Of a DNA stretch of 38,248 nt, positions 1 through 8,681 are shown piece after piece. Below the pieces are notes generated by a model, which saw only the letters and a list, made by a program, of their open reading frames with translations, searched no databases and was not told the DNA's origin. The stretch is from Myxococcota bacterium (GTDB lineage: Bacteria > Myxococcota_A > UBA796 > GCA-2862545): NCBI GenBank assembly GCA_039208735.1, contig JBCCQY010000081.1, forward strand, positions 1 through 38,248. The letters are read 5' to 3'. A program made the translations under genes and the position numbers. Position 1 is the first letter of the stretch; each line of letters opens with the position of its first letter.

Positions 1-565
1 CGGCGTCTGAAGCCATCTGACGATCTTGACCTTCGAGATAGGTAAACACCGCGGTGGCGCCGAACCCTACCGCCAAAGCCGCTCCCGTACCCACAAGGGC
101 CCAGCGCGGCCGGCTTTGGGGGAGCGCTTCAGACGTTGTCGGAAGAGGCGTGGGAACCGGAGCCTCGCGGACGACGGCTTCCGGCCGCGGGGCGGGCGCA
201 GGCTGCAGAGGCGGAATTTGTTCCATCCGGCTTTCGATGGCGGCGATGCGAAGGTCCAGCGACACCACATCAGACGGCGACGCATAGGGCCGATACGCCC
301 GGAGACTGTTGATGGCACCCGCGAGATCGCCAAGACGTTCCTGCGCATTGGCGATGTTGTAGAGGATTTTTTCGTTCCCAGACAGCGCATAGGCCTCTTC
401 GAACGCAGCGATCGCTTCTTTGTAACGGCCCGCCTTGTAGAGGCCGGCGCCGAGCTTGTACAGCTCACGAGCCTGGGCCACCCTTGCCTCCGGGGCGTCA
501 GGGTCCGGAGGTGGGGTTTGGGCGTTGGCCGGACTCCCCACGCCGACCAACCACGCGAAAAACAT
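1..565 (-). CDS. TPR-containing exported/membrane protein (partial, runs off left edge)
   Basis: Not in ORF track because truncated. Manual translation from ATG 565, overlapping the kinase stop (TGATG): MFFAWLVGVGSPANAQ...ARELYKLGAGLYKAGRYKEAIAAFEEAYALSGNEKILYNIANAQERLGDLAGAINSLRAY (signal peptide plus TPR helices), then a Pro-rich linker and a hydrophobic segment. Confidence 0.8.
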   Translation of the reverse strand, partial: MFFAWLVGVGSPANAQTPPPDPDAPEARVAQARELYKLGAGLYKAGRYKEAIAAFEEAYALSGNEKILYNIANAQERLGDLAGAINSLRAYRPYASPSDVVSLDLRIAAIESRMEQIPPLQPAPAPRPEAVVREAPVPTPLPTTSEALPQSRPRWALVGTGAALAVGFGATAVFTYLEGQDRQMASDA

Positions 566-1746
566 CACCACACCATCTCCAGGAGCCAGGGGTTTCCTAG
601 CTGAATCGTCAGTCCGTACCCTGCGACGAGACCCGCCGACATTGCGACAGCCAATCCGGCAAGTAGCAAGGCGATCTTGAGCCGACGAGAGGTTCTTTGA
701 GGTTGGGCTCTCTTTATTGGCCGAACGTCTATTTTCCCATCGACCAACACCGGACTGGCAAAGGTCGAGGTTGATTCGTCGAGCAGCCCCGCCTCACAAA
801 GTCGAAGCGCTCGTTGCAACTGTCCGGCGTCGATGAACCGCTGGGTGCGGTCCTTGGCGAGGCACCGGTCGATGGTCCATTGGACGGCGCTGGGAATGTC
901 GAGTTCCGGGAGAACCTCACGAATCGCGCGCGGCGTTTTCATGAGGTGAGCCTCAAGAACGGCCGCAGGTCCCGCGTGCGGGAACGGGTACTCCCCGGTG
1001 AGACACTTGAACAGCAGGACCCCCATTGCGTACACGTCGCAACGCTGGTCCAGGGCGTGGCCTCGAATTTGTTCGGGCGCCATGAACTGTGGCGTTCCCA
1101 AAATGAGGCCGTCCGCGGTCATTTCTGAGGCCCCCTCGACCTCCTTGACCAGCCCGAAGTCGACGACCTTCACCAGATCGGTCCCATCCTTTCCTTCGGC
1201 GATCAATACGTTCGCCGGCTTCAGATCGCGGTGAATGATGCCGATTCCGTGAGCCTCTGACAGGCTCCCACAGATCTGGTTGGCGATGCGGAGGAGGCGC
1301 AGGGGCTCGATCGGACCTGCGTTGACGAGTTGCCGGAGGGTGGGTCCTCGGACGAACTCCATCACGAGGAACGGTCGGTCGTCCTCGACGCCGTAGTCGA
1401 ACACGCGCACGGTGTTGGGGTGCGAGAGCTTCGACAACAGCGACGCTTCGCGCAGGAAGCGGACCGACAAATCTCGGGCCGAGACCTGGTGGGGACTGGC
1501 CGCCAACACCTTGATGGCCACGGTCCGGTTGAGCTGGAGCTGCTCCGCTTCGTACACCACGCCCATCGAGCCTCGCGCGACCCGTCGTAAGATACGGTAG
1601 CGCTCGGCGAAGATGGTGCCGACCCGCTCATCGCTGTCCAACCGGGGCCACGCCACGCGGGGACTTGCCCCAGGTTCCGTGAACGCCAGTGCTGCATCGT
1701 CGGAATGAGGGGTTCCCACTCCGGTGGTGCTGTCCCGAGGCTCCAT
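565..1746 (-). CDS. Hanks-type Ser/Thr protein kinase with C-terminal transmembrane helix
   Basis: ARGSMGVVY, VAIKVL, HRDLKPAN, DFG, GTPQFMAPE, DVYAMG motifs; C-terminal IALLLAGLAVAMSAGLVAGYGL. Confidence 0.95.
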   Translation of the reverse strand: MEPRDSTTGVGTPHSDDAALAFTEPGASPRVAWPRLDSDERVGTIFAERYRILRRVARGSMGVVYEAEQLQLNRTVAIKVLAASPHQVSARDLSVRFLREASLLSKLSHPNTVRVFDYGVEDDRPFLVMEFVRGPTLRQLVNAGPIEPLRLLRIANQICGSLSEAHGIGIIHRDLKPANVLIAEGKDGTDLVKVVDFGLVKEVEGASEMTADGLILGTPQFMAPEQIRGHALDQRCDVYAMGVLLFKCLTGEYPFPHAGPAAVLEAHLMKTPRAIREVLPELDIPSAVQWTIDRCLAKDRTQRFIDAGQLQRALRLCEAGLLDESTSTFASPVLVDGKIDVRPIKRAQPQRTSRRLKIALLLAGLAVAMSAGLVAGYGLTIQLGNPWLLEMVW

Positions 1747-2216
1747 CGTGGGCCATCCCCCTACTCGGCGCTAGTCTACGCCTCCGTCCTCACGGCCTCG
1801 GAAACCCCACGGGACGTTTCCTCGACGGTTGTGTGTCGGTTCAGGATCCAGGGTACCAATAAAATCAAGATGAGCCTTCGGGAAGGATCATTCTTTTATA
1901 AATCCGTACTCGGCGAAGACCTGATCCAAGCCCCAAGTCGCTCGCCATCTTCGGGTTCATGTGCGGCGTCGGTCCATACGACCAGAATCCGGTAACCGCC
2001 GTCGTCGGTTACATCAGGGCCGGTTTCAATCACGGAAATGCATGGAAACTCCCAGCAGTCGTGGGCCATTTGGGCGGCGGACCCGAGGCAGCACTGGGGC
2101 TAGGACTCGCGTGGTCTCCGCCGAGCTTCGACGACGATTCGACGACGATTCCACGAAGGATTCCAAATCTGGGAATCCCTAGGTTGACACAAACAAGTTC
2201 AACCTGAGGACCGCCG

Positions 2217-3752
2217 ATGGAAATCGAGATTCTATACAAGGGATTTCACTGCGTCAGAGAGTCACGTTGGGACCGATGGTCCAACTCTGACGAACCCTAC
2301 TTCATCTTTACCGTCGATGATGGTGTCGACTCAAAAGTTCGTAAGGTAGGCCCGTTTCAGGACGTCGACACGGGCGACAGTGTGGCCGACAGTTCGCCGG
2401 CCCAGATTGGCCTGGCGATTTGGAACTCGACGACATCGGGTCAGCGCCGAGACATTCTGATCGCGCTTTCGGTCGCGGAGGACGACGGCAATGGAAGCAG
2501 TGAGGTGGAGACCGCGGTATCCGCTCTCTTGGGTTCGGCGGGGGCGGCCCTTGGTGTCGCAGTAGGCGCGGGCGGAGGGCTTTTCTCGGCGATCGGTAAG
2601 AAAGTCGGGGAGATTATCGTCGGGGCCGACGATGACAACGTAGGGACCACGGGGCTGCTCCTCTCCGAAGACGAGCTGATGAGACTCGCGAGGAAAACCC
2701 CTCAGTTTCGACCCGACATGGGCATCGATTTCAACATCGCCTTGACGGTCGATGGAGGAAAAGAAGGGAAGTACATTGTCTTTCTCTTGGCTCAAGAGGT
2801 GGGAGGACAAAAGTCAAGGGACGAAATCCGCGTTGTCGGGATTGGCGAACGCAATGACCAGGTCATTCCCGAGCAGTGGCGTATGGCAAACCGCGAACGC
2901 GTGGATCTACTTGCTGCATCACGCCATACGGTCTTTGGGTACTCTCGGGCGACGAGCCTTGGGGTGGACTACGACGTCGAGCCCCGCGGGTTGCGGCTGG
3001 ACGACTTTCATGTTTTCGACAACCACCAGACGCATTCGTTGCTCGGTCCCTTTCGCCACACAACGCGGGATCAGGCAACCCTGGTCACCTACTCGTCCGT
3101 CGAAGGTCGCGTGACGGTGAGGTCGCCTGATCTGGTCGGGACCGTAGGTTCGAACACGGGTCTCCGTCCTTACCAGGTCGACCGGACGTTCGAGCTGGGT
3201 CGCAACTGGACCGCCATGGTGCCGGGTCGGTTCAGCCACGCCGCGGTGCGAGATCAAAGAATGGACCTTCTCTTTTACCGAAAGCACGATGGTCATCAGC
3301 GCATGATCTCGCTGCCGAGGAGAGGAAAACGTACCCTTCGGACCAACTTCAAGAACTGGCGTCGTCATTGGGACGTCATTGCGCCCGTGGTGTTTCCCGG
3401 AGCCCGAGGCTTCACGTCACTGTTGCTGTACACGCGCGGCGATCCGAACTCACCTCAACCCAGGGGGCAAGGTCAGATCTGGCGAGTGGAGGATGAGGGC
3501 GACCTCGGGAGTCAACCCGCGATCAGCGGAGGCTGGTTTGCCACCTGGGACTTCATTTGCCAGGTGCGAGGCAACGCCGACCGGATCCGTCTTCTGTTCT
3601 TTAGTCGCTCAAGGCGCCAGGTTGACATCTGGGAGTTCCCAGGTGCGAATCTGATCGCGAGACAGCGAATCGACTTCGATGTGTTTCGGATTGTGCCGCA
3701 GTACGACTGGAACGACTTCCCGTTCGTGGAGCGACTGATGTTGCTGGTGTGA
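2217..3752 (+). CDS. Hypothetical protein: N-terminal beta-rich domain with Gly/Ala hydrophobic insert, C-terminal Trp-rich propeller-like repeats
   Basis: 511-aa ORF, GAGGA RBS at 2206-2210. Repeated units such as RNWTAMVPG..LLFYRK, RHWDVIAPV..LLLYTR, ATWDFICQV..LLFFSR. Confidence 0.7.
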   Translation: MEIEILYKGFHCVRESRWDRWSNSDEPYFIFTVDDGVDSKVRKVGPFQDVDTGDSVADSSPAQIGLAIWNSTTSGQRRDILIALSVAEDDGNGSSEVETAVSALLGSAGAALGVAVGAGGGLFSAIGKKVGEIIVGADDDNVGTTGLLLSEDELMRLARKTPQFRPDMGIDFNIALTVDGGKEGKYIVFLLAQEVGGQKSRDEIRVVGIGERNDQVIPEQWRMANRERVDLLAASRHTVFGYSRATSLGVDYDVEPRGLRLDDFHVFDNHQTHSLLGPFRHTTRDQATLVTYSSVEGRVTVRSPDLVGTVGSNTGLRPYQVDRTFELGRNWTAMVPGRFSHAAVRDQRMDLLFYRKHDGHQRMISLPRRGKRTLRTNFKNWRRHWDVIAPVVFPGARGFTSLLLYTRGDPNSPQPRGQGQIWRVEDEGDLGSQPAISGGWFATWDFICQVRGNADRIRLLFFSRSRRQVDIWEFPGANLIARQRIDFDVFRIVPQYDWNDFPFVERLMLLV

Positions 3753-3791
3753 GTGGGCGTCGACCGATGTCGTGGATGCAGGCGACGTCGG

Positions 3792-3822
3792 TTGACATGA
3801 GTCATTTTGTTGGATATCTAAC
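3792..3822 (+). promoter_or_regulatory. Sigma70-like promoter (TTGACA-N17-TATCTA) overlapped by palindromic operator GTTGGATATCTAAC
   Basis: TTGACA at 3792-3797, TATCTA at 3815-3820; near-perfect 14-bp palindrome at 3809-3822 directly before the MarR gene. Confidence 0.65.
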
Positions 3823-3826
3823 GAAT

Positions 3827-4297
3827 GTGCTGAGCCTGCTGGAGTCGCAGATTCGACGTCCTCTTGCCGCGACGGATCGATTGGAACAGGCCCATGCGTA
3901 TCGCCTGCAGCGGCTCGGTCGTGGGCTGCGCTACCACCTGTTGAAGCACCTCGAGCCTTACGGCATCACGCCCGAGCAGTACCTCATCCTGTTTCGGTTG
4001 AAGGAGCGGGACGGACGCGGGCAGTCCGAGCTGGTGGACCCCGGGTTTGATGACCGAGCGAACATCACCCATCTCGTGAACCAACTTGAGAAAGGCCGGC
4101 TCGTCGAGCGACGCGCCGACGAGTCTGACCGCCGGAAACGCCAGGTTTGGCTGACGGATACGGGCCGTGACCTCATCCACTCGTTGCTTGACGACGCGGT
4201 GCGCATTCGCATGAAGCTCTTCCAGGATTTCGATGACGATGAGCTTGAAAAGCTGATCGAGTTCGTCGATCGAATCGAAACCCGCCTCTATCCATGA
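3827..4297 (+). CDS. MarR-family transcriptional regulator
   Basis: GITPEQYLILFRL, QSEL, DRANITHLVNQLEKGRLVER, DRRKRQVWLTDTG wHTH motifs. Start uncertain: ORF opens at 3749; GTG 3827 chosen because it lies downstream of the promoter. Confidence 0.9.
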   Translation: MLSLLESQIRRPLAATDRLEQAHAYRLQRLGRGLRYHLLKHLEPYGITPEQYLILFRLKERDGRGQSELVDPGFDDRANITHLVNQLEKGRLVERRADESDRRKRQVWLTDTGRDLIHSLLDDAVRIRMKLFQDFDDDELEKLIEFVDRIETRLYP

Positions 4298-4343
4298 GTA
4301 TTTAGGAGTCGAGGGCAAGGCCGAGAGGTCTGTCTTCTAGATA

Positions 4344-4357
4344 GTTAGATACGTAGC
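4344..4357 (+). promoter_or_regulatory. Second, degenerate copy of the putative MarR operator (GTTAGATACGTAGC)
   Basis: 11/14 match to the ideal palindrome GTTAGATATCTAAC; just upstream of RBS AAGGAG (4361-4366). Confidence 0.5.
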
Positions 4358-4370
4358 AAAAAGGAGAATC

Positions 4371-4781
4371 ATGTACATCTTCCTGATGAGTTTGATGTCT
4401 GTTGGCACGTCTTGGGCCGGTCGTGGCGACAAGGCGGCCGTGACCGAAACGCTTGAACTTTGGACCCAAGCGACGGACGCGCGAGACGCGGACGCCGTGG
4501 CCGCCCTGTTCCGTCCCGATGCGGTTCAGGCCATCACGATGGGCGACAAGGCCATGAGCCTGCCTACCGACGTTTACGTGCAGATGATTCGTGATGGGAA
4601 GGTGGGCGGAGACGACACTGAGCTCGATGTGCACGCGGTCTCGGTCCACGGCGCGTTGGCCACGGCCCTGACGACGCGCACCACCAAGGCCCTGACCATG
4701 CACACGGCCGTCGTATTGGAGCGAGACGGAGATCGATGGTTGGTCGTCTCCGCCACGGTGAAAGCAGAGTCCAAGCCATAG
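4371..4781 (+). CDS. Secreted NTF2-like (SnoaL/DUF4440-type) protein
   Basis: Signal peptide ending SWA; WTQATDARDADAVAALFRPDA and VLERDGDRWLVVS are typical NTF2-fold motifs; strong RBS. Confidence 0.75.
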   Translation: MYIFLMSLMSVGTSWAGRGDKAAVTETLELWTQATDARDADAVAALFRPDAVQAITMGDKAMSLPTDVYVQMIRDGKVGGDDTELDVHAVSVHGALATALTTRTTKALTMHTAVVLERDGDRWLVVSATVKAESKP

Positions 4782-4789
4782 GTCTCCGC

Positions 4790-4817
4790 CTCAACTCGAG
4801 AGGACGTCGACCGATTG
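4790..4817 (+). promoter_or_regulatory. Sigma28/FliA-like promoter of flgI operon (CTCAA-N15-ACCGATTG)
   Basis: Resembles TAAA-N15-GCCGATAA; identical -10 box and spacing at flgM and flgB. Confidence 0.65.
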
Positions 4818-4863
4818 CGCACACGAGGCCTCTGCGCCGTGCGGAGCCGTCAGGAGTCCCTCG

Positions 4864-5946
4864 ATGTTGTTGTTCGCACTGTCCCTTGCCACGACCGGGC
4901 CAGCCCTGGCCACCAAGGCCAAAGATGTTGGTCGGTTCTATGGGGTTCGCGAAAACACCCTATCGGGGCCTGGTCTCGTGGTGGGTCTGCGCCGCACCGG
5001 AGATTCGCCGAGCAATGCCGCGACCGTCCGGTCGTTGGTGGCTCGGCTCCAGGGCCATGGGCTTTCGATTCGCATTGAGGACGTCACGAGTCGGAACGCA
5101 GCCCTTGTGATGGTCCGTGCTGCGCTGCCTCCCGACTACCGGCCGGGTGACCGCGTCGACGTCACGGTTGCGAGCACCTCAGATGCCACGTCGCTTGAAG
5201 GAGGGATGCTGGTTTGGACGCCACTCTTCGATCAGAGCAAGCAGCTCGTGGCCATCGCAGAGGGACCGCTGGTGGTGGGGGGCTACGCGGCCCAGTCGGC
5301 GGGCAACACGGTGCGCAAGAATGCCCCTACTACGGCCATGATTCCTGGGGGGGCGCTCATCGAGCGCGAGAACGACCGCGCGCTCAACTATGCCGCGTTG
5401 GAGACCACCGAATTCGTGCTCGACCGGCCCGACTTCGCGACGGCCGCGGCGCTTGAAGACGCGGTCAATGCCGCGTTCGGATCGGAAGTGGCCCAGGCGG
5501 TGAGCGCTTCGACCGTACGGATGGCCATTCCGGAAGACCTTCGGGGGCGGTTCCCCAGATTTGCGGCCCAGGTTGAAGCCGTCGATGTTACAGTCGCGGC
5601 CCCGGCGCGGGTGGCCATCAACGAGCGAACGGGCACGGTGGTGATGGGAGGCGAGGTCACGATTTCGCCGGTCGCGGTGGCCCACGGAGGGCTGACCGTC
5701 GAAGTGCGTCGGGTGAACCAAGCCATCCAACCGTCACCTCTCTCCTTTGGGACGACCGCGGCGCTCTCAAATGTCGAGGTTGAGGCTAGAGAATCCGAAG
5801 GCAAGCTCCTGCTGGTCGAGGGTGCACAAATCGCAGACCTCGTCGCCGCCCTCAACGCGCTTGGGGTCAAGCCTCGCGACCTCGTGGTCATTCTGCACGC
5901 CATCCGAAGGGCGGGCGCCCTGCAAGCGGAGATTGTGACGCTATGA
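4864..5946 (+). CDS. flgI: Flagellar P-ring protein
   Basis: Signal peptide; GVRENTLSGPGLVVGLRRTGD, SRNAALVMV, DATSLEGGML, INERTGTVVMG, VAVAHGGL, ALNALGVKPRDLVVILHAIRRAGALQAEI. Confidence 0.97.
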   Translation: MLLFALSLATTGPALATKAKDVGRFYGVRENTLSGPGLVVGLRRTGDSPSNAATVRSLVARLQGHGLSIRIEDVTSRNAALVMVRAALPPDYRPGDRVDVTVASTSDATSLEGGMLVWTPLFDQSKQLVAIAEGPLVVGGYAAQSAGNTVRKNAPTTAMIPGGALIERENDRALNYAALETTEFVLDRPDFATAAALEDAVNAAFGSEVAQAVSASTVRMAIPEDLRGRFPRFAAQVEAVDVTVAAPARVAINERTGTVVMGGEVTISPVAVAHGGLTVEVRRVNQAIQPSPLSFGTTAALSNVEVEARESEGKLLLVEGAQIADLVAALNALGVKPRDLVVILHAIRRAGALQAEIVTL

Positions 5947-6620
5947 ATCCCGTGGATCTGGCTGGGGTTTCGTTTTCGGCGCTGTCTTCAGCTCCGCGTC
6001 CATCGGAAGAGGCCTCCACTTCGATGGTGTTTGCGCAAATCCTCGTCAAGGAGCTTCGCAGCGCGTTGCCCGAGGGGGGCTGGCTCGGTGGGGGACCCTT
6101 CGCGTCCTTTGAGACGTTGCTCGACGAGCAGTTCGCCACGGTGCTGGCCGAGCAGCTCGAGGGGCTCATCGAACCCCCACCGCACGGGGAAGGGATGGCC
6201 TTGCCAAGTCGAGGGCTTCCCGACGCGGTGCTTCCGGTCCGCGACGGACGCCTAACCTCGGCATTTGGCATGCGCACCGACCCCATCGACGGCGCCCATC
6301 GTCACCACGACGGCATCGATCTGGCCGCGCCCAAGGGCAGTCCGATCCGAGTCGTACGCGCAGGTCGGGTCACGCGTGCGCATGAGGTGCCTGGGTATGG
6401 GCGTCTCGTGGTCGTCGATCACGGACGGGGACTCGAGACGCGGTACGCTCACTGCGACGACATCCATGTTGCGGTGGGCGACGATGTAGCGGCAGGCACC
6501 GTGCTGGGCACGGTCGGCTCGACGGGCCGCTCGACCGGGCCCCACCTGCACTTTGAAGTTCGCCAAGATGGGACGCCCATCGATCCCGTGGCCACGGGGC
6601 TCGTGGACCCTCGAGACTGA
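5943..6620 (+). CDS. flgJ: FlgJ-like protein: Rod-binding domain fused to M23 peptidase
   Basis: flgJ position, ATGA overlap with flgI. N-terminal SMVFAQILVKELR...FETLLDEQFATVLA; C-terminal HDGID, YAHC, GSTGRSTGPHLHFEVR (M23 Zn ligands). Confidence 0.8.
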   Translation: MNPVDLAGVSFSALSSAPRPSEEASTSMVFAQILVKELRSALPEGGWLGGGPFASFETLLDEQFATVLAEQLEGLIEPPPHGEGMALPSRGLPDAVLPVRDGRLTSAFGMRTDPIDGAHRHHDGIDLAAPKGSPIRVVRAGRVTRAHEVPGYGRLVVVDHGRGLETRYAHCDDIHVAVGDDVAAGTVLGTVGSTGRSTGPHLHFEVRQDGTPIDPVATGLVDPRD

Positions 6621-6628
6621 TCTTGGAC

Positions 6629-6656
6629 CTTCAGCTCGGCGCTGGGGTGTCGAATG
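6629..6656 (+). promoter_or_regulatory. Upstream sigma28-like motif before flgM (CTTCA-N15-GTCGAATG)
   Basis: Same spacing and CTTCA box as the fliD motif; in tandem with the 6668 motif. Confidence 0.4.
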
Positions 6657-6667
6657 GTCGCGTCGCC

Positions 6668-6695
6668 CTCAAGTGGACCGCTCGATGACCGATTG
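6668..6695 (+). promoter_or_regulatory. Sigma28-like promoter of flgM-flgN-flgK-flgL (CTCAA-N15-ACCGATTG)
   Basis: Motif read directly; flgM is a canonical FliA target. Confidence 0.75.
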
Positions 6696-6730
6696 GTCTC
6701 TTCGAGCCATATGCGCAAACCGAGGTTTTC

Positions 6731-7009
6731 ATGAAGATCGGTCGACTGCCCCCAATGCCCGCTCAGGACGGGACCGGTACCTCCGCGCCGCGCACCGCGA
6801 ACGGAGAGTCCTCTGCCGATGAGGCAACGAAAGTTTCGCTGTCGAAGGACGCCGCCTTCGTGGCAGACATGCGCAGCAAGGCGAACCGTGCGGTTCCCAA
6901 GGTGCGCGACGATGTCGTAGAGAAGGTGAAGGCGGAACTCGAAGCCGGAACCTTCGAAGAGAACACCGACATGCAGAAGGTTGTTGACGGCCTTCTGGCT
7001 GATCTCTGA
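6731..7009 (+). CDS. flgM: Anti-sigma28 factor
   Basis: KVSLS motif and PKVRDDVVEKVKAELEAGTF...VVDGLL C-terminus; size and position. Confidence 0.85.
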   Translation: MKIGRLPPMPAQDGTGTSAPRTANGESSADEATKVSLSKDAAFVADMRSKANRAVPKVRDDVVEKVKAELEAGTFEENTDMQKVVDGLLADL

Positions 7010-7024
7010 ACCGGGGACCGTCCC

Positions 7025-7336
7025 ATGACGCTGCCCGAGATGGTGGAACGGCTCGCTGAGTTGACGGAACAGCACGTCGCTGCGGCCGTGGCTTTGGATG
7101 CAGCCACGGTGGCGGCGATGGCTCGGCGCCGAGTCGACCTCCTTTTCGAACTCGACATTGCCCTTCAGTCCAAACCGACGCTGACCGATGCGCAAAGGCG
7201 AGAGACCAAGCAGCAGACCGAACGCCTTGCGCGTGCGGAACAACGCTTGGCTCACGTCATTGGTCACGTGCTGACGGTCCTGACGCCGACCGTCCCCTCG
7301 GTCTACGGCCGCACGGGGAGGCTCGGCTGGAGGTGA
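7025..7336 (+). CDS. flgN: FlgN-like export chaperone
   Basis: Small helical protein between flgM and flgK with C-terminal VYGRTG tyrosine motif; call mainly from synteny. Confidence 0.6.
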   Translation: MTLPEMVERLAELTEQHVAAAVALDAATVAAMARRRVDLLFELDIALQSKPTLTDAQRRETKQQTERLARAEQRLAHVIGHVLTVLTPTVPSVYGRTGRLGWR

Positions 7337-7337
7337 C

Positions 7338-8681
7338 ATGGGCATCCTCGATACGCTCCGAACAGGCGCAAGCGGCATCTTTTCGGCTTCGGCCGGGCTT
7401 GATGCGACAAGTTCGAACATCACACGGGCACAGCTCCCGGGTGCGACGCGGCGTCTTCTTGAACAATCCACCCGAGCCCCGCTTCGACAGGGCCTGGTCC
7501 ACATCGGACAAGGCATCCAGGTCGACGGCATCGTTCGCGACAACCCTGCGCTTCTCGGTGCGCAGCGGATTGCCGCGGCGGGCGATGCAGGGCAAGCCTC
7601 GACGCTCGCCGATGGTCTGCGGTTCGTCGCTCCACTCGTCGACGAGACGGTGTCAAGCGGCCCACGGAGCACGCTGACGGCGTTCTTCGAGTCGCTTACC
7701 ATGGCGACCTCGGACCCCGCTGACCCCAATCTGCGAACGGCGGTGGTGCAAGCGGCCGAGACGTTGGCCACCAGTGTGGTGCGAGCCGCGGAAGGGTTTG
7801 AGGCGTCGATGCGCGAGTTCGAGGGTCGCATCGAAGCGGGCGTCGCTCCCGTCAACGAGATGCTGAAGACCGTTGCAGCGTTCAACCGTCAAATCACGTC
7901 GGTCGAAGGGGCCACTCCCGACTTGGCCGACGAACGGGACCGCCTGTTGCGCGATTTGGGCGAACTCGGCGGCTTCGTGGTGCGGTTTGAAGCCGACGAT
8001 ACGGCCACGGTCTACCTCGACAGCCACATCATGGTTCAAGGCGACGTCGCGCGCACGCTCGACTACGAGCCTCCGGCTGGCTTTTCCATCCCGCTTGACG
8101 GCAGCAGCGTCACGGTTGAGGTGGGAGGCGCCATGCAGGGCTACGTAGAGGCCCATCAGGCGGTCCAGTCCTACGCCGACCAGCTCGATGACTTCGCGGG
8201 GGCGTTTGCCAACGAAGTGGGAACCACCATGGGCTTAGGCTTCACGGCCAACGGTGTGTCCGGCGGCCCAATGTTCGTCTTTGATGCGTCTAGCCCCGGC
8301 CTTACGTTTTCGGTGGCCGACGGACTCACGGGTGCCGATCTGGCCTTTGCTGGTCAGCCCATCGCGGCGGCCGGTGATGGCGAGAACCTCGCGCGTTTGC
8401 TGTCGTTGCAGAATCAATCCTTCGTCAACGGTCTGACGCCGGGCGACGCGTTGTCGAGCATCACCAACCAAGTGGCGCTCGATCTCGCGGAGGCCGAGCG
8501 GGCTCGAGAGCGCTCCGATGGCGTGCTCCTCGATCTAGACCAGCTGGCCGAGAACCTCCACGGCATCGATATTGACGAGGAGGCTACCAACCTCATCGCG
8601 TACCAGACCGCTTACCAAGCCTCTGCCCGCGTGGTGTCGACGGCTCAGGAGTTGGTCGGTACGCTCCTGGAGATCACGTGA
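7338..8681 (+). CDS. flgK: Flagellar hook-associated protein 1
   Basis: LDATSSNITRAQLPGATR, IGQGIQV, DLADERDRLLRDL, GIDIDEEATNLIAYQTAYQASARV. Confidence 0.93.
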   Translation: MGILDTLRTGASGIFSASAGLDATSSNITRAQLPGATRRLLEQSTRAPLRQGLVHIGQGIQVDGIVRDNPALLGAQRIAAAGDAGQASTLADGLRFVAPLVDETVSSGPRSTLTAFFESLTMATSDPADPNLRTAVVQAAETLATSVVRAAEGFEASMREFEGRIEAGVAPVNEMLKTVAAFNRQITSVEGATPDLADERDRLLRDLGELGGFVVRFEADDTATVYLDSHIMVQGDVARTLDYEPPAGFSIPLDGSSVTVEVGGAMQGYVEAHQAVQSYADQLDDFAGAFANEVGTTMGLGFTANGVSGGPMFVFDASSPGLTFSVADGLTGADLAFAGQPIAAAGDGENLARLLSLQNQSFVNGLTPGDALSSITNQVALDLAEAERARERSDGVLLDLDQLAENLHGIDIDEEATNLIAYQTAYQASARVVSTAQELVGTLLEIT

